Assembly (NCBI GenBank): GCA_035221665.1
Contig: CM069159.1
Coordinates: 19,716,001-19,780,000 of the forward strand
Origin: Okamejei kenojei
Taxonomy: Eukaryota
Direction: 5' to 3'
DNA: 64,000 bases
Shown here: positions 26,057 to 38,116 of the stretch, one piece after another
Layout of the letters: each line of letters starts with the position of its first letter
How positions within the stretch are numbered: position 1 is the first letter of the stretch
Translations under genes and position numbers: made by a program
Notes under the pieces: generated by a model
The model's database searches: none
Told to the model about the DNA's origin: nothing
Seen by the model: only the letters and a program-made list of their open reading frames with translations

Positions 26057-28056
26057 GGGGATTTCACATCCACTCAATGTTATCATTGAATACGCGTGAC
26101 CTGGTGTCCGCCACTGTATTGAGCTTACCAGGAAGATAGGTAGCTGATATCCAAATATTTCTTTCTATGCACCAGAGCCAGATTGAGTTTGCCAATTCAT
26201 CACGAGATATTGACTTGATACCACCCATATGATTTAAATATGCCACCAGTGGTGTTATCTATTTGAAGACGGACACGCGTATCATGTAAATTCATGCAAT
26301 AAGCTCGCAGCCCGTGAAATGCTCCTAGCATCTCCAAATAGTTTATCCCTTGTGATAATAGAAGGGTAGATCCATGTAAATCCCATCTACCGCCACAAGT
26401 GGAATGGTGTCGGTAGCTCCCCAGCCTTGGGCGCTTGCGTCGGTTTGTACCACAACTGACGGATTCGGTACAATAATGGGATTGAATGAGTCACGAATAT
26501 TATCAATCCACCATTGTAACTCAACTTTTGCCTTGATTGGCAGCTGCATAGGCCTATCAAAATGTCCAGCATTTGTTTTTAATGCTGACATTTTTGTTCT
26601 TTGCAAATTTTGATAGTCAGCTGGAAATGTAGCTACTAGTTTCCCAATCACCTTAGCAGCATGTCTGATTGTTGGTTTCCTGACGCAAGCAATGTTGTTA
26701 CAGGCTTCAATAATATCCATTGCCTTGTTATGTGGGATGGTAACAATCATCTGATTGGTGTGAATTGTGAATCCCAGGTAGTTCATGACCTGTGAAGGGT
26801 AGAACCTAGATTTGTCTGGATGGATGACAAACCCTAATTTTTGAAACAATGTTTAGTAGCTGTTGTAGCGGCAGATTTTTCAGATCTTTCGGGTAATTAG
26901 CACCCTAGCCACTAATTGGATGAGAATGGATAAGGGGAATATCTTCGATACGCATGCAAGCTGCCTCAGAGACCTTCAGAGCTTCTCCATTGATCAAGCT
27001 TCAACACACAGTCTTTTGATGAATATTTACCTTATTGTCAGTAGAAAACAGTAAGATACATCTAAGGTTTTTCCGACTTGTTACGGCAATCTTCTTCGAA
27101 CTCCAGCTTATTACTTTATATATTAGAAAGCTCCTCGTGTCTCCGTAACAATGACATGGTCGAAGGATTGACCTTCTCCATCATCTGTCCAAACTAATCT
27201 AAAAACGAAACTTCTGCGCAAGCAGTTGAGCTGCAAACACGCCCAAAAACACATCATAAATCCCACCCACATTATAACGGGCAGTCTAAAATTTAAAGTC
27301 ACATGCCATCCACAATGACACACAAAACAGGCCAAATGGCCACCACAGCTGTCACTGCTAAATTTGTCTATTCCATTGTCATTCCCATAATCAAGATGTC
27401 ATCTAAATATGCCATGACAATATGGTTTTGTTTTCTCAGGGATGCCAATACTGGTTTCAAAATGTTTGTAAATAACCTAGGGGCTGTTGTAAGCCCATTG
27501 GGTAGGGCTCTATATTGCCATAGTTGATCCATCCAGACAAACTTCAAGAACTTTCGGTGATGTTTCCATATGGATACTGAATAGTATGCATATTTTAAAT
27601 TGATGCATGCCATGAAGCACCCTTTGGAAATCAGTGATTTAGCTGTTTCGAATGTGTCCATTTTAAAATGGGTATATTTTACAAAAGTATTCAAATGGGT
27701 TAAGTCAATAATAATCCGACATCCACCATCTGTTTTGGTTTTGGTAAAGATGTTGGATACGAACTCAAGAGGTTTCTGTATCGCTTTCTCTATCACCCCC
27801 TTGGCATGTAGCCTCAAAATTTCCTCATGTCCTTCTGTTTCTCCTTATGGGAAAGGGCACATTTTCGGTTTGGTACATGTTGAGGCAGGGGAAGTTGTTC
27901 ATCTATGAATTCAATTTCATACCCCTGAATACTTTGTAATATAAATGAGTCTAAAGTTATAGAGCTCCATGCATCCCAGAATAAATGTAATCTCCCACCA
28001 ACTTGTGAGGTTAAATATGCAGCACTCGCATGAGAATCAGACCCCCTTACCTCCAT
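26057..28056 (-). pseudogene. DIRS RT / RNase H
   Basis: VGGRLHLFWDAW, DGGCRIIIDL, FKMDT, ALPNGLTTAPRLFT, AYLDD, LGFVIHPDKS, QTDASAQGWGA, YLPGKLNTVAD. Confidence 0.9.
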
Positions 28057-29470
28057 GGTTACTGGCGGGCCTGATGTTCTGGGTTTTGGCGCTCCGTTGT
28101 GTTGCTGGGGTGTGGGGTTGGCGCATCTTCCATGCCGGTCCCTGTTGGCCCTGCCCTAAAAAAGGCTTCTGTTGTTGGGGTGCGGCCAGCGTGTAGGTCC
28201 TTGATGTTCTTTCAGGTGGCCCCCGAGGTCTTACGTATGGATTTTGTCTGCGAGATGCCGGCCTGCTGGAGGAAGGTGGTTTCATCAAACCGACTGCCTT
28301 TGCCTCCTCGTCTAGGTCCTTGACCTGTTTAGACAGGTCCTCACTGAACAGCTGTCTCGGTGGCGGCGTCACAGATGCCTTGCACAACCCCGCAAACTTG
28401 GGGTTGAGAATAGGTTTGATGGAGATTTTCCGGAAGGAGTTTATCTCGTACTGTGTATTACACAGTAGCGCAAGAGCATCTCAGTGCCGTCAATCGACCT
28501 GGCAAAGGCAGTGATTCCCGACATCACGGTTTCAGGATTTTGTGATGTGTAAGCTCCTGAGCCCTAATCCCTGTACTGATATTTCCCCAGATTGGCGTTA
28601 ACTGTCGGTACGTTCAGCAAAACAAAGTTGTTCGGGGCCTTGTATTTGTTCATTGCCTCGGTCAATACCTGATACTGCAGCTGGTGTGTTGTGAGGAAGT
28701 CAATGCTCGCCGCTAGTTTTGGCTGCAGTGGCTGTCCTGTATGCCTTGGCTGGGCAAATTTGGAAACCACGTCAAGAAGTTCCTCTTGAGGTATTTCAGG
28801 TGCTGCAGGTTCCTGAAGCGGTCTTGCCTGTCTGGAAAGACATAAGTGGTGAGGAGTCGGTTCCAGCCGCCGAAGAGGGGTTCACCGATATCCGCGCGGG
28901 CTTGCCGCCTAGCTTCCCCCAGGGTGCGGTGATGTGTTGCCACCGGCCCGCGATCTGGCAAGCTCCGCCGGTGGTGAGTCTGCGCCAGCCGCACCTGCGG
29001 GGCTCCCGGGCTCAGATCTCGATCCCTCACCGGTCCGCGATCTGGCGGACTACTCCGGTGGCAAGTCGACGCCGGCCGCTGCAGCGGGGCTCCTCGACCT
29101 CAGTGCGGTTCTTCCCCTTGTCCGCCCTCTGGTGACCTGCATTGGAGGGGAGACAGAACGTGCCGCAGAGCGGGGAACACGCTTACGCACCTTCATACCA
29201 CTGTCCCTATGTTTAGGTGACAGTGGTAGGGAGTCAGGGTCTTGCCTACCCTGCTCCCACGCGGTGCTCCTACCACTATGTGGCTCCATAGACAGCCGTG
29301 GTGGAAAGTCGGGTCCTGGTTGCGTAGGGCTCCCTGATTTCCGCGATCTTTTCCCGGCCCGACGAGCGGGTGCTGCCGTTGTAGCGGGCAGCTCCGGGGA
29401 ATGCAGCCGCTGATTCCTGTCGGAAGTCCCGTGGCTGGAGGCATGTTTCACCTGACTTCTTTTTTCCATC
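28037..29470 (-). pseudogene. DIRS gag-like ORF, frameshifted
   Basis: Basic/SR-rich N-terminus, KYKAPNNF..LNVPTVN, LFSEDLSKQVKDL; position upstream of RT. Confidence 0.7.
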
Positions 29471-30061
29471 GTCCCTGTGAACACAAAACTATCCACAGGA
29501 ACTAACCAACTCAAGGATAGTTTCACTTGCCTGAGCGGTCCTTTTTGAAGGGCTGGTGGAAGAGCGCACTCCCCCACAGCCGTCGACTGCAATTGCAAGC
29601 GACAATATGTCGCGCATGCGTGCTGGCGGGGTCTTCACAAAGTCACTCATGTGACTCCGAAATGAAATCCATTGCCCCAATTGAAACCCAATTGTAACCA
29701 TGTAAGAATGAGATGCTTCTCATCAGGCACACACCCTGCCTGAGATCATCAACCACCAACTCTGGAACTGTCCGAGAAGGTGACCCAAAATCAAACCTAT
29801 TTCCATATTGGCACAGGAGGTAGGCCTCTCACAGCAGATGTGGATAGAACTGCTGTGAGATGAGTCGCACATCTCATGCAATGGCTTCATCACTGATGCA
29901 TTTGTAAGGGTCTGATTTAGGTAGAATTATTTCCAATGGTAGCTCTTACATGGAGAGCTCTTACATGTGCATATGTCCAGTTGATTTTGTTACCAATTTT
30001 CTGAGGCATTAAAATAAAGACAAATGAAGAATTTATTTATTCATGCTTTGGACAACCTTCT

Positions 30062-30163
30062 CAAACGTCGCCTATCTCCTTCGCTCCTTAGATGCTGCAC
30101 CCGCTGAGTTTCTCCAGCCTTTTGTGTACCCTCGATTCTCCAGCATCTGCAGTTCCTTCTTTA
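30062..30163. repeat. Penelope-derived palindromic repeat, one arm
   Basis: AAACGTCGCCTAT..AGATGCTGC.CCCGCTGAGTTTCTCCAGC..CAGCATCTGCAGTTCC. Confidence 0.7.
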
Positions 30164-30297
30164 ACACTTCTCAAATCCAACATTCTTAAAGAAACATTTT
30201 GCCATTACAAACAATCCCAGGCCCATAAAAGGAGGCTTTTGGCTATTTCTCAAGTTAAACTCAATACCGGAGAGTTTGCTAAGTTCGCGTAATTTCT

Positions 30298-31110
30298 AGA
30301 GTCGTGGAGTCATACAGCACGGAAACAGGCCCTTCACCTCAACTGGCACATGCCGACTAAGATGCCCCATCTTTACTGGTCCAACCTGCCCATGTTTGCC
30401 CCATATCTCTCTAAACCTTTTCGACCATATACCTGTCCAAATGTCTTTCAAATACTGTTGTCGTACCTGCTTCAACTACCTCCTCTGGCAGCTTCTTCCA
30501 GAAACACACTACCCTGTGAGTGAATGCTGCCTCTCGGGTTCCTATTAAATCTTTTCCCTCTCACCTTATACACATGTTCTCTGGTTCTTGATTCCCCTAA
30601 TATGGGTAAAAGACCCTGTCCATTCACCCTATCTATTCCTCTCATGATCATATATACCTCGATCACAGCATCCATCATCCTCATACGCTCCAAGGAATAA
30701 CGTTCCAGCCTGTCCAGCCTTGAGTTGATTTGATTTGATTTTGATTTTAATTTATTGTCATTGTCTTCAATTAAGAGACAACAAAATTCTCTTTCCCTTA
30801 CACTCATACAAGAAATAAAAATAAATAGCCTCTCCTTATAGCTCAAGTCACGGCAACATCAAGGCAATAGACAATAGACAATAGGTGCAGGAGTAGGCCA
30901 TTCGGCCCTACGAGCCAGCACCGCCATTCAATGTGATCATGGCTGATCATCCAAATATCAGTACCCCGTTCTTGCCTTCTCCTCATATCCACTGACTCCG
31001 CTATTTTTAAGAGCCATATCTAACTCTCTCTTGAAAACATCCAGAGAACTTGCCTCCACTGCCCTCTGAGGCAGAGAATTCCACAGACATCCTCGTAAAT
31101 CTTCTCTGAA
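30298..31110 (-). mobile_element. CR1/HER1-like 3' fragments, nested
   Basis: LERYSLERMRM..IEVYMIMRGIDRV..SRTREH on minus strand; second CR1 with (CTATTGT)n tail at 30866-31088. Confidence 0.8.
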
Positions 31111-31318
31111 CTCCTTCCAGTTTTATATTTGACCATCAGATGGTGCAAGAGCTACACTAGGATTCAGTACATAAATCAAAGTGCAGATAACTGCAGCAAC
31201 TGTAGCAACAGTTTTTTTTCTGAAAACAACAAAACTACAAATATGGAGCCAAGTAAATGTCTGATTATCCGACACACTTGCAAATTTGGAAGTTGGTTGA
31301 TTGTTGGAAGTTGGTTGA

Positions 31319-31470
31319 TCTTTAAGAGCCCTATCTGGCTCTCTCTTGAAAGTATCCAGAGAACCGGCCTTCACCACCCTCTGAGGCAGAGAATTCCACA
31401 GACTCACAATTCTCTGTGAGAAAATGTGTTTCCTCGTTTCCGTTCTAAATGGCTTACTCCTTATTCTTAA
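31319..31470 (-). mobile_element. CR1 fragment
   Basis: SLWNSLPQRVVKAGSLDTFKRE. Confidence 0.75.
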
Positions 31471-32424
31471 ATAATTTCTTAAATTCTTAGTTAGTATTTA
31501 CTTTAGCTACCTCAACAAAGTAAGTGGTTCTTGTTTGATTTTTCCAAAGTAGAATTGTTCTTCCTTGCTGACCATCTAGCTTCTCCACAGAAATGCTTTT
31601 CTTCTTCATCTGCAAAGCAGTTTATGGGCCAATTTATCACATGAGCCATCGTACTTGAGTACATTGATTTCTGACAACTGATCACCACCGGGAAAGGCCT
31701 AGATATTTCACCAAATAGGGTGTAAAAGGTAGTCACCATCATGGAGAGATACAGCGTGAAAACAGGCACTTTGACCCACCAAATCTGTGCCAACATATCA
31801 TAGGTTATCATTATACTATGTTATATTACATTTAATGCACCAAACCAAATGGCTTTTAAGCACATAACTGCTATGTTAAATTTATGCACAAGGTGGCGCA
31901 CTGGTAGAAAAGATAGGAACAGCATCTACAGTGCCAATAGATATAAATATGATATGGCCTTGTACAGATGCAGAGCAGTTCCACATAAGAAGTTAGTTCA
32001 CAATATGACACCAGAATATAATACAGAAAAGTAGAGTGAAAATCAAGTAAACACTTTAATGCCTCTGTTTATCACCTTCACTATGATCTTCTCCCTATGA
32101 ATCTAAAATTCAGTTGGGCCATTTCTTGCATCTCACCCTTTTTCTGTATCTCTCTGTCTCTGTCTCAGGAGACTAACAATCTACTGACATTTAATATAGT
32201 CCAACTGACTCCCACAATGATCTTGACAAGACTTCCTCCCACATGGTCTCTTGTAAACATAGAAAATAGGTGCAGGACGAGGCCATTTGGTCCTTCGAGC
32301 CAGCACCACAGTGCTGTAAGTTCACCTTTCTTTCACTTTCTCTCAGTGTCACCTTTTCTGTTGCACCTATTCTCACGAAGAGACTTTCCTTTCTAGAACA
32401 TAGGCTCTGGTGAAGTTATTTTCA

Positions 32425-32696
32425 TCATAGGTTTAAGGTAATAGGGGAAAGGCTTAATAGGAACCTGATAGGGTGGAGGCTGCATGGAACGAGCTGCCAG
32501 AGGAGGTATTTGAGGCAGGTACTATCGCATGTAATGTTTAAGAAACATTTAGACAGGTACATGGATAGGACAAATTTAGTGGGATACGGACCAAAAGCAG
32601 ACAGGAGGGACTAGTGTAGCTGGGACATGTTGACCAGTGCGAGCAAGTTGAGCCAATGGGCCTGTTTCCACACCGTGTGACTCTATGACTCTATAA
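32425..32696 (+). mobile_element. CR1/HER1-like 3' end
   Basis: TGGAACGAGCTGCCAGAGGAGG..GGGCCTGTTTCCA..GACTCTATGACTCTAT tail. Confidence 0.75.
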
Positions 32697-32709
32697 CATC
32701 TCAGATGTC

Positions 32710-33360
32710 CTCCAGGAAATGTGATTTCTCCTCTGCTGTGGTCGATGGACCTCCTGTTCACATTTCCTCCATTTAACACAGATACTATTCCCTTGGTCTT
32801 TACCTTTCACCTTTCCACCAGCTGCGATGGGATCCCACCAGTAGTCACATCTTCCCCATCCCATCTCTTCCTGCTTTCCACAGGGACCATTCCCTCTGCC
32901 ACTCACAAATTCACTTACCCATCCCCACTCACCTCTCCCTGCCCCCTGGCACCTTCCACTGCAACCGTAAGAGATGCTACACTTGTTCCTACATCTCTGC
33001 CCTCACAACCATCCAGTGACCTAAACAGTGCTTCCAGGTCAGATGTAGATTCACAATCTCCTACAACTTTGTTGATCAATTTGTATTCCTGATGTGACCT
33101 CTTCTACATCGGGAGACAATATGTAGGTCAAGCAGCTGCCGTGTGGAAGTGCTCTGTCCCTAATGGCTATTCTGACTTCCCAGTTGCCAGATCTTTCATC
33201 TCCCCTTCCTACTCACACTGACAAGTCTGCCCTAGGCCTTCTCATGACCATGGTGAGGCCTAATCCCGATTGGAAGATCTCATCTGGGTAATCTACAATT
33301 TAGTATGAACAATGAAAAATGGATTCATACATGTGTTCATATCTCCAATTTCAGGTAATC
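32710..33360 (+). mobile_element. Degenerate Penelope-like element (GIY-YIG region)
   Basis: IPLVFTFH, Cys-rich linker (RCYTC) and FYIG remnant at ~33100. Confidence 0.65.
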
Positions 33361-33497
33361 CTGTGCTCCTTCTCTCATTTTTGCCATTGTGTAAAATAGT
33401 AGCCCCTCTGATTCCTATTAATTCCCCCTTCACTTTAAACCTATGCGCTATAGGTTGAACAAGGGCGGAAAAAAAACATTTTTCAGTGGTGCCACTG

Positions 33498-33784
33498 CAG
33501 GAAGTGACTTAAACTTTATCGAAATGCTTCAATGGGTGAAAGAAACTCATTTGAAGTAAGACAACCTTGCTGCAGCGAATTATAAAAGGCACTAAAGTCA
33601 CTCTGACGGCGCATTGACTGGGGCAGCTGTTTTAGATGCCGTGACATTGTTTTTGATTCAGTTCTCTTCCAACACGCACTCTGTGGATTTCATTGACACA
33701 GATCCTCAGTGTTTACTTGAACAAAGGCAGAGATATTAATCTGGGGAAAGTGAAAACTTCCTTCGGCTCGAACGTAACTTCCTC
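33498..33784 (+). promoter_or_regulatory. Putative immune-type promoter: ETS sites, TATA-like box, IRF element
   Basis: CAGGAAGTG 33498-33506; TATAAAA 33581-33587; GAAAGTGAAA 33746-33755; ACTTCCTT 33756-33763; ACTTCCTC 33777-33784; all within ~450 bp upstream of the ATG. Confidence 0.5.
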
Positions 33785-33942
33785 CGCTCTGTACACCCTC
33801 TGGCATTTCACAGTCTCTGCTATTCTCCGCCTGAGATGCGAGTTCACAGCGGACGGATCATCCTCACTTGACATTTGCACGATTGGAGCTGGCCGCGGGC
33901 GGAGAGTTTAACATTTCCAGGGACGGTCAGAACCAGGCAAAG

Positions 33943-33991
33943 ATGCAACTCCTCCTGAAGCTGCTTTTCCTCCTGCATGCAGGAACACAAG
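33943..33991 (+). CDS. IgSF receptor exon 1: signal peptide MQLLLKLLFLLHAGTQ(G)
   Basis: AAGATG start, hydrophobic leader, phase-1 donor AAG|GCAAGT in frame with exon 2. Confidence 0.85.
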
Positions 33992-34760
33992 GCAAGTTAT
34001 GTTGATCGGACAATCTGTGGACCAAAGAGCCGTGATGGGGATCACCATTATGTGGCATATTGCATGGATAGGTAGTTCAGGACCGAGTCTGTTATTAAAA
34101 CAGCAAGTCGATTAATATCTCTGCTCATAGGCCGAGAAACCCGTCAAAAGATTTAATCTATATTTTTAATGTTGGAATAAAAGTTTTGCATATTCATTGA
34201 CTGCGATTGCCTGCAATTATTCAATTAGTTAAAGCATTTGAGATACAATTCGGTCACTATAACTCCATCAGAGAGCACAAAGCAAGAATCTTACGAAGGT
34301 GTAGAAACGTTGAACGACAGATTCCGGTTTGCAAGAGAAGACACAGCGTGCTGGAGCAACTCAGCGGGCCAGGCAGCATCCCTGGAGAACATGGATAGGT
34401 GACGTTTCGGGTCGGGACCCTTTTTCACAAAGATACTAGTATCTTTGCTTTTTCAGACATTGAAAAGTCATCTCATCCATGTGCTCCTGAGATGCTGCCT
34501 GACTCGCCGAGTTACTCCAGCCCCTTGTGTCTTTTCTAGCGTCCCAAGATCACGGTGCCACCTGCCACCGAATCTGCTGAGAGAAGGCATTTGCAACCAT
34601 TATGGAAGCGAGAATCGTTGTTTGAAAACGTCAGATTTGAATACGTTTCTTGTAAATATTGTTTCCGTTAGAAAACCAATCCCTTGTTCAGTGGGTAAAG
34701 TGGATGTTTATTGAACTACTAACGGGAGTATAATTGACAAATGTATTTATTTTCCACCAG

Positions 34761-35108
34761 GAGTTCCGCTAATCACAAATTTGACCCAGCCACGTGTGGT
34801 CAAGGTGTGGAGAGGCGAGTCCGTCACGTTAAACTGTACATTTACTTATAATGGAAGTGTGAATGGCTGGCTCCGCGTTTCATGGTATCGGACATTACCT
34901 GGACGGCCTGATGTTACTTGCAACACGAACAAATCGCTCTGCATTCCTCACCCCACCAGGGATGGTTTCAAAAACTGTACGGTATCACTGAAGATTGAAA
35001 ATGTATCGTTTGGTCATTCTGTTTACAGCTACATTTGTGCGGTGAATGTACCAAGTGTCTTCCCTCCAATTCAGGAAAGGGGCCAAGGAACACGAATACA
35101 GGTTTATG
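34761..35108 (+). CDS. Exon 2: V-type Ig domain with J-like G strand
   Basis: Acceptor ttttccaccag; LTQP..GESVTLNC..VSWYR..SLKIENV..YIC..GQGTRIQV; phase-1 donor G|gtaaag. Confidence 0.93.
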
Positions 35109-35909
35109 GTAAAGTATTTGCAATACTATGATGATCTCCAGTCTCTGCACTTTATGTTTAAGACATCGATAATGTTAAACGCAGTGACATTTGAACCAAG
35201 CTATTTACAGATACTTTAACAGAAATAATAGCAAGCAGACCCAATTAGAAATAAGATGAAATGAACACATTTTGTTTCAACCTAAATGAATAAGGCGTAC
35301 TTAAGATGGCACAAAGGGCTGGAGCAATTCAATGTGTCAGGCAGCATCCCTGGAGAACATGGATAGGTGACATATCGGGTCTAGACCTTCTTCAGACCAT
35401 GTTCCCCTGAGATGCTGACAGACCCGCTGAGTTATTCCAGCACTCTGTCTTCTTTTGTAAACCAGAATCTGCAGTTCCGTGTTTCACAGAGGTACTTCAA
35501 GGTTGGTGTTTCCAGCATTTTTTTGTAAAACACGGCTTGTGATATTGTTTCATTTGTTCCTAAATCGTATATGAATACCAACAGTGACACTATTGCTCCA
35601 TTTCCCTTTCTTTTCACTTTCTATTCTGTCCATACCAAAGGATGAGCTGGTTTTACAACAGTTAAACAAATTACTCTTTGAGATAGTTTGATTGACTGCA
35701 TTCAGTTAGGATTCAGTTTGTGATAGATCTTACTCTGACAATGGAGGAAGGGATGACAGGTCAGTTTGGGAATGGAAAAGCGAAGTGAAATGGATAGCAA
35801 TTGGCAGCTCCTTCCCAGAGTGAGCAATGATGGGTAGATGGGGATAGTACATGGAAGGGAACATTTTAAGGGGAGTTCACTTCTTGTACTAAGAATTAAT
35901 AGAAACAGA

Positions 35910-36820
35910 ACTTAGCCAAGTCAAGCTGTTTATTGTCATTGGCACAAGAACGGTGAGGTACAGGTGTAACAAAAATCTGCACACAGAAACATAAATTATA
36001 TGTAAATTGTTTATAAATCACATAAAATTCTACAAGACTAAAAAATGGAAGAAGACCTGTAAAACACAATAACAAAAACAAACAAGTCCATGGTGTTTCA
36101 TTGTCGTGGGAGGATTTGGGTCGTGTGGGTTGGTTCAAAAGAGGTGCAGGGAAAAGTAGTGGTTTCTGAACCTGGTGGTGTGATACTCTTGGCTTTTGTA
36201 CCTCGCCCTATGGTAACAGTGAGAAGAGGGCATGGCCTGGATGGAGAGATAATACATGCCACCATCTTGAGGCATGTAGATGGGGAGGCTTGTGGCTGTG
36301 ATTGCTTGAGCTGAGTCTAGCCTCTTGAGTTCCCGGGTATTGAAATTTCCATACCAGTCCAGGATGCAACCAGTCAGAATACTTCCTACAGTACATCAGT
36401 AGAAGTATCTTTGCATGTTGCATAACCTGCCAAATCTCTTTAACTTCGAACAAATTAGAGGCAGTGCCAGATCTTCTTCATGACTACAGAAATGTGCTCA
36501 GCTTACGAGAGGCTGTCATCCAGGAATTTGAAGTTGCTAACTCTTTCCACCATTGACCCAACATTAAAAACTGGCATGTTGTCTCCCGACTTCACTGTTC
36601 CAAAGTCAATGGTTCGCTACTTTGTTTTGTTGACCTTGAGTGAGAGTTTGTTGTTGCGGCACCATTCAACCAGTTGTTCCGTCTCTCTCTTGCACACTGA
36701 CTGTTCATCATCCATAATTCAGCTAACCATAATGGTGTCATTGTTGAGTTTATAGATGGCGTTGGAGCTATGCTTAGCCACATAGCTATGAGTGAGAAAA
36801 GAGTAGAGCAGGGTGCTACA
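35910..36820 (-). mobile_element. Degenerate Rex1/Babar-like LINE 3' part
   Basis: Minus-strand remnant YTHSYVAKHSSNAIYKL.NDT..EQLVEWCRNNKLSLKVNKTK..IDF. Confidence 0.7.
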
Positions 36821-37207
36821 GGGTTGGAAATTATATGACTGCCTTGGTCTCCTTTGTTTGCAACAAATAAATCTGAGGAGCAATTAAATTGCAGTGCATT
36901 AAATTATGTGAGGTCTCAACACACAAACCAGAAAGGACTTTGATCGCGTTGCCTGGAGTAACGTAGAGGCATAGATGTATATTAGCCGGTAGAAGAATTG
37001 GGCAGATGTTGTGAACAAATAAATTCACTCAATCAGTGGCAGTGACTGGAACTCATCACCTGAATGGGTAAAAGAAGCAGAAATCTTCACCAAATTACAT
37101 GTACCTGAATGAGCACTTGAAGTGCATCACCTGCTGGGCTTTGAACTAGAGGAGTGAGAGTAAAATAAAAGTATGTTTTAGTGCAGCATGTATTCAATAG
37201 TCCTGCC

Positions 37208-37442
37208 CAGGAGTTCCCAACCTTTTTCGTCCCGTTTACCCCTGGCAACTTTAATAGCACATAATAATGTTATTTCACTTATTTATGAACAACTAATGAT
37301 GAACAGATACCCGTATGCCAGAACCAAACACAGTCAGTCAATGAGAAAAAATATGTACAATATCCAGAATCAACAAATTTACCCCCTCGGTAGGCGAAAT
37401 CTACCCCTTGGGGTTAAATTTATCCCAGGTTGGGAACTCTTG
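37208..37442. mobile_element. hAT (Charlie-like) MITE
   Basis: 16-bp TIR CAGGAGTTCCCAACCT / AGGTTGGGAACTCTTG (15/16 match); TSD only partly preserved (TCCT). Confidence 0.7.
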
Positions 37443-37825
37443 TCCTATACCATAATTTTCTACAATGATTATCATTAACTCAAGCTTCCACTAATCTCTC
37501 ACTGAGCTGTTTTACTGTGCATTACTGTGCATTACGAGCATCGTCAATACTAACCAAAAAACTACCGCATGTCAGTCTGTGTGATATACATAATCTTATT
37601 TAGCCAGGATCATGGAATAATATTATAATGGTCCAGAATATATATTTGATCCTTGATGCTTCTCAGCTAAAGAAGGGCTCTATTATTACGATTCTACATC
37701 ATTAACTTAACATATGCTTATTGAAAATAGGGCAGAATTTTGGACAATTTACTCTGTCAGTAAGTTTCACTGACATTGAAATGTGTGGTATATAGTTTAA
37801 TACTTTATGCTTTATCTTCTCTCAG

Positions 37826-38116
37826 ATCTTCCAGAAATGTATATACGGGGTGATACTTTGGTTGCTGGTCATGAATCCACTCTAACCTGCTCTGTCAAGG
37901 GATTGTACGACAAGGATATCTCCTTTACATGGACATGCACCTCTACAAATATCACTGCGCCAACTTTTGAAACAGAAAGGAATGGCACACTAGTTGCCAC
38001 CAGTCATTACAAGATTGTCCCAAGAGTGGAAGACAATGGGACTGTTTGCAGTTGTCATATTTATCATTCCACTTTTGGACGACCAGCTGTAAATACAATC
38101 AAACTAAATATTATGT
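37826..38116 (+). CDS. Exon 3: C1-like Ig domain
   Basis: Acceptor cttctctcag; LTCSVKGLYDKDISFTW..NGTLVATS..EDNGTVCSCHIYH; phase-1 donor T|gtaagt. Confidence 0.92.

Larger units (their letters stand above)
17456..29667 (-). mobile_element. DIRS1-like tyrosine-recombinase retrotransposon with complete termini
   Basis: gag, RT, RNase H, MT-like domain and YR in order on minus strand. ITRs 29607-29637 / 17533-17563; ICR 17681-17789; TTT terminus; no TSD. Confidence 0.93.

Noticed and set aside
27600-29413. Plus-strand ORFs over DIRS
   Set aside because: Antisense shadows of GC-rich gag/pol
34761-35300. Rearranging TCR/Ig V segment
   Set aside because: J-like strand and splice donor are in the same exon; no heptamer/nonamer RSS seen; the tail is ITIM-type
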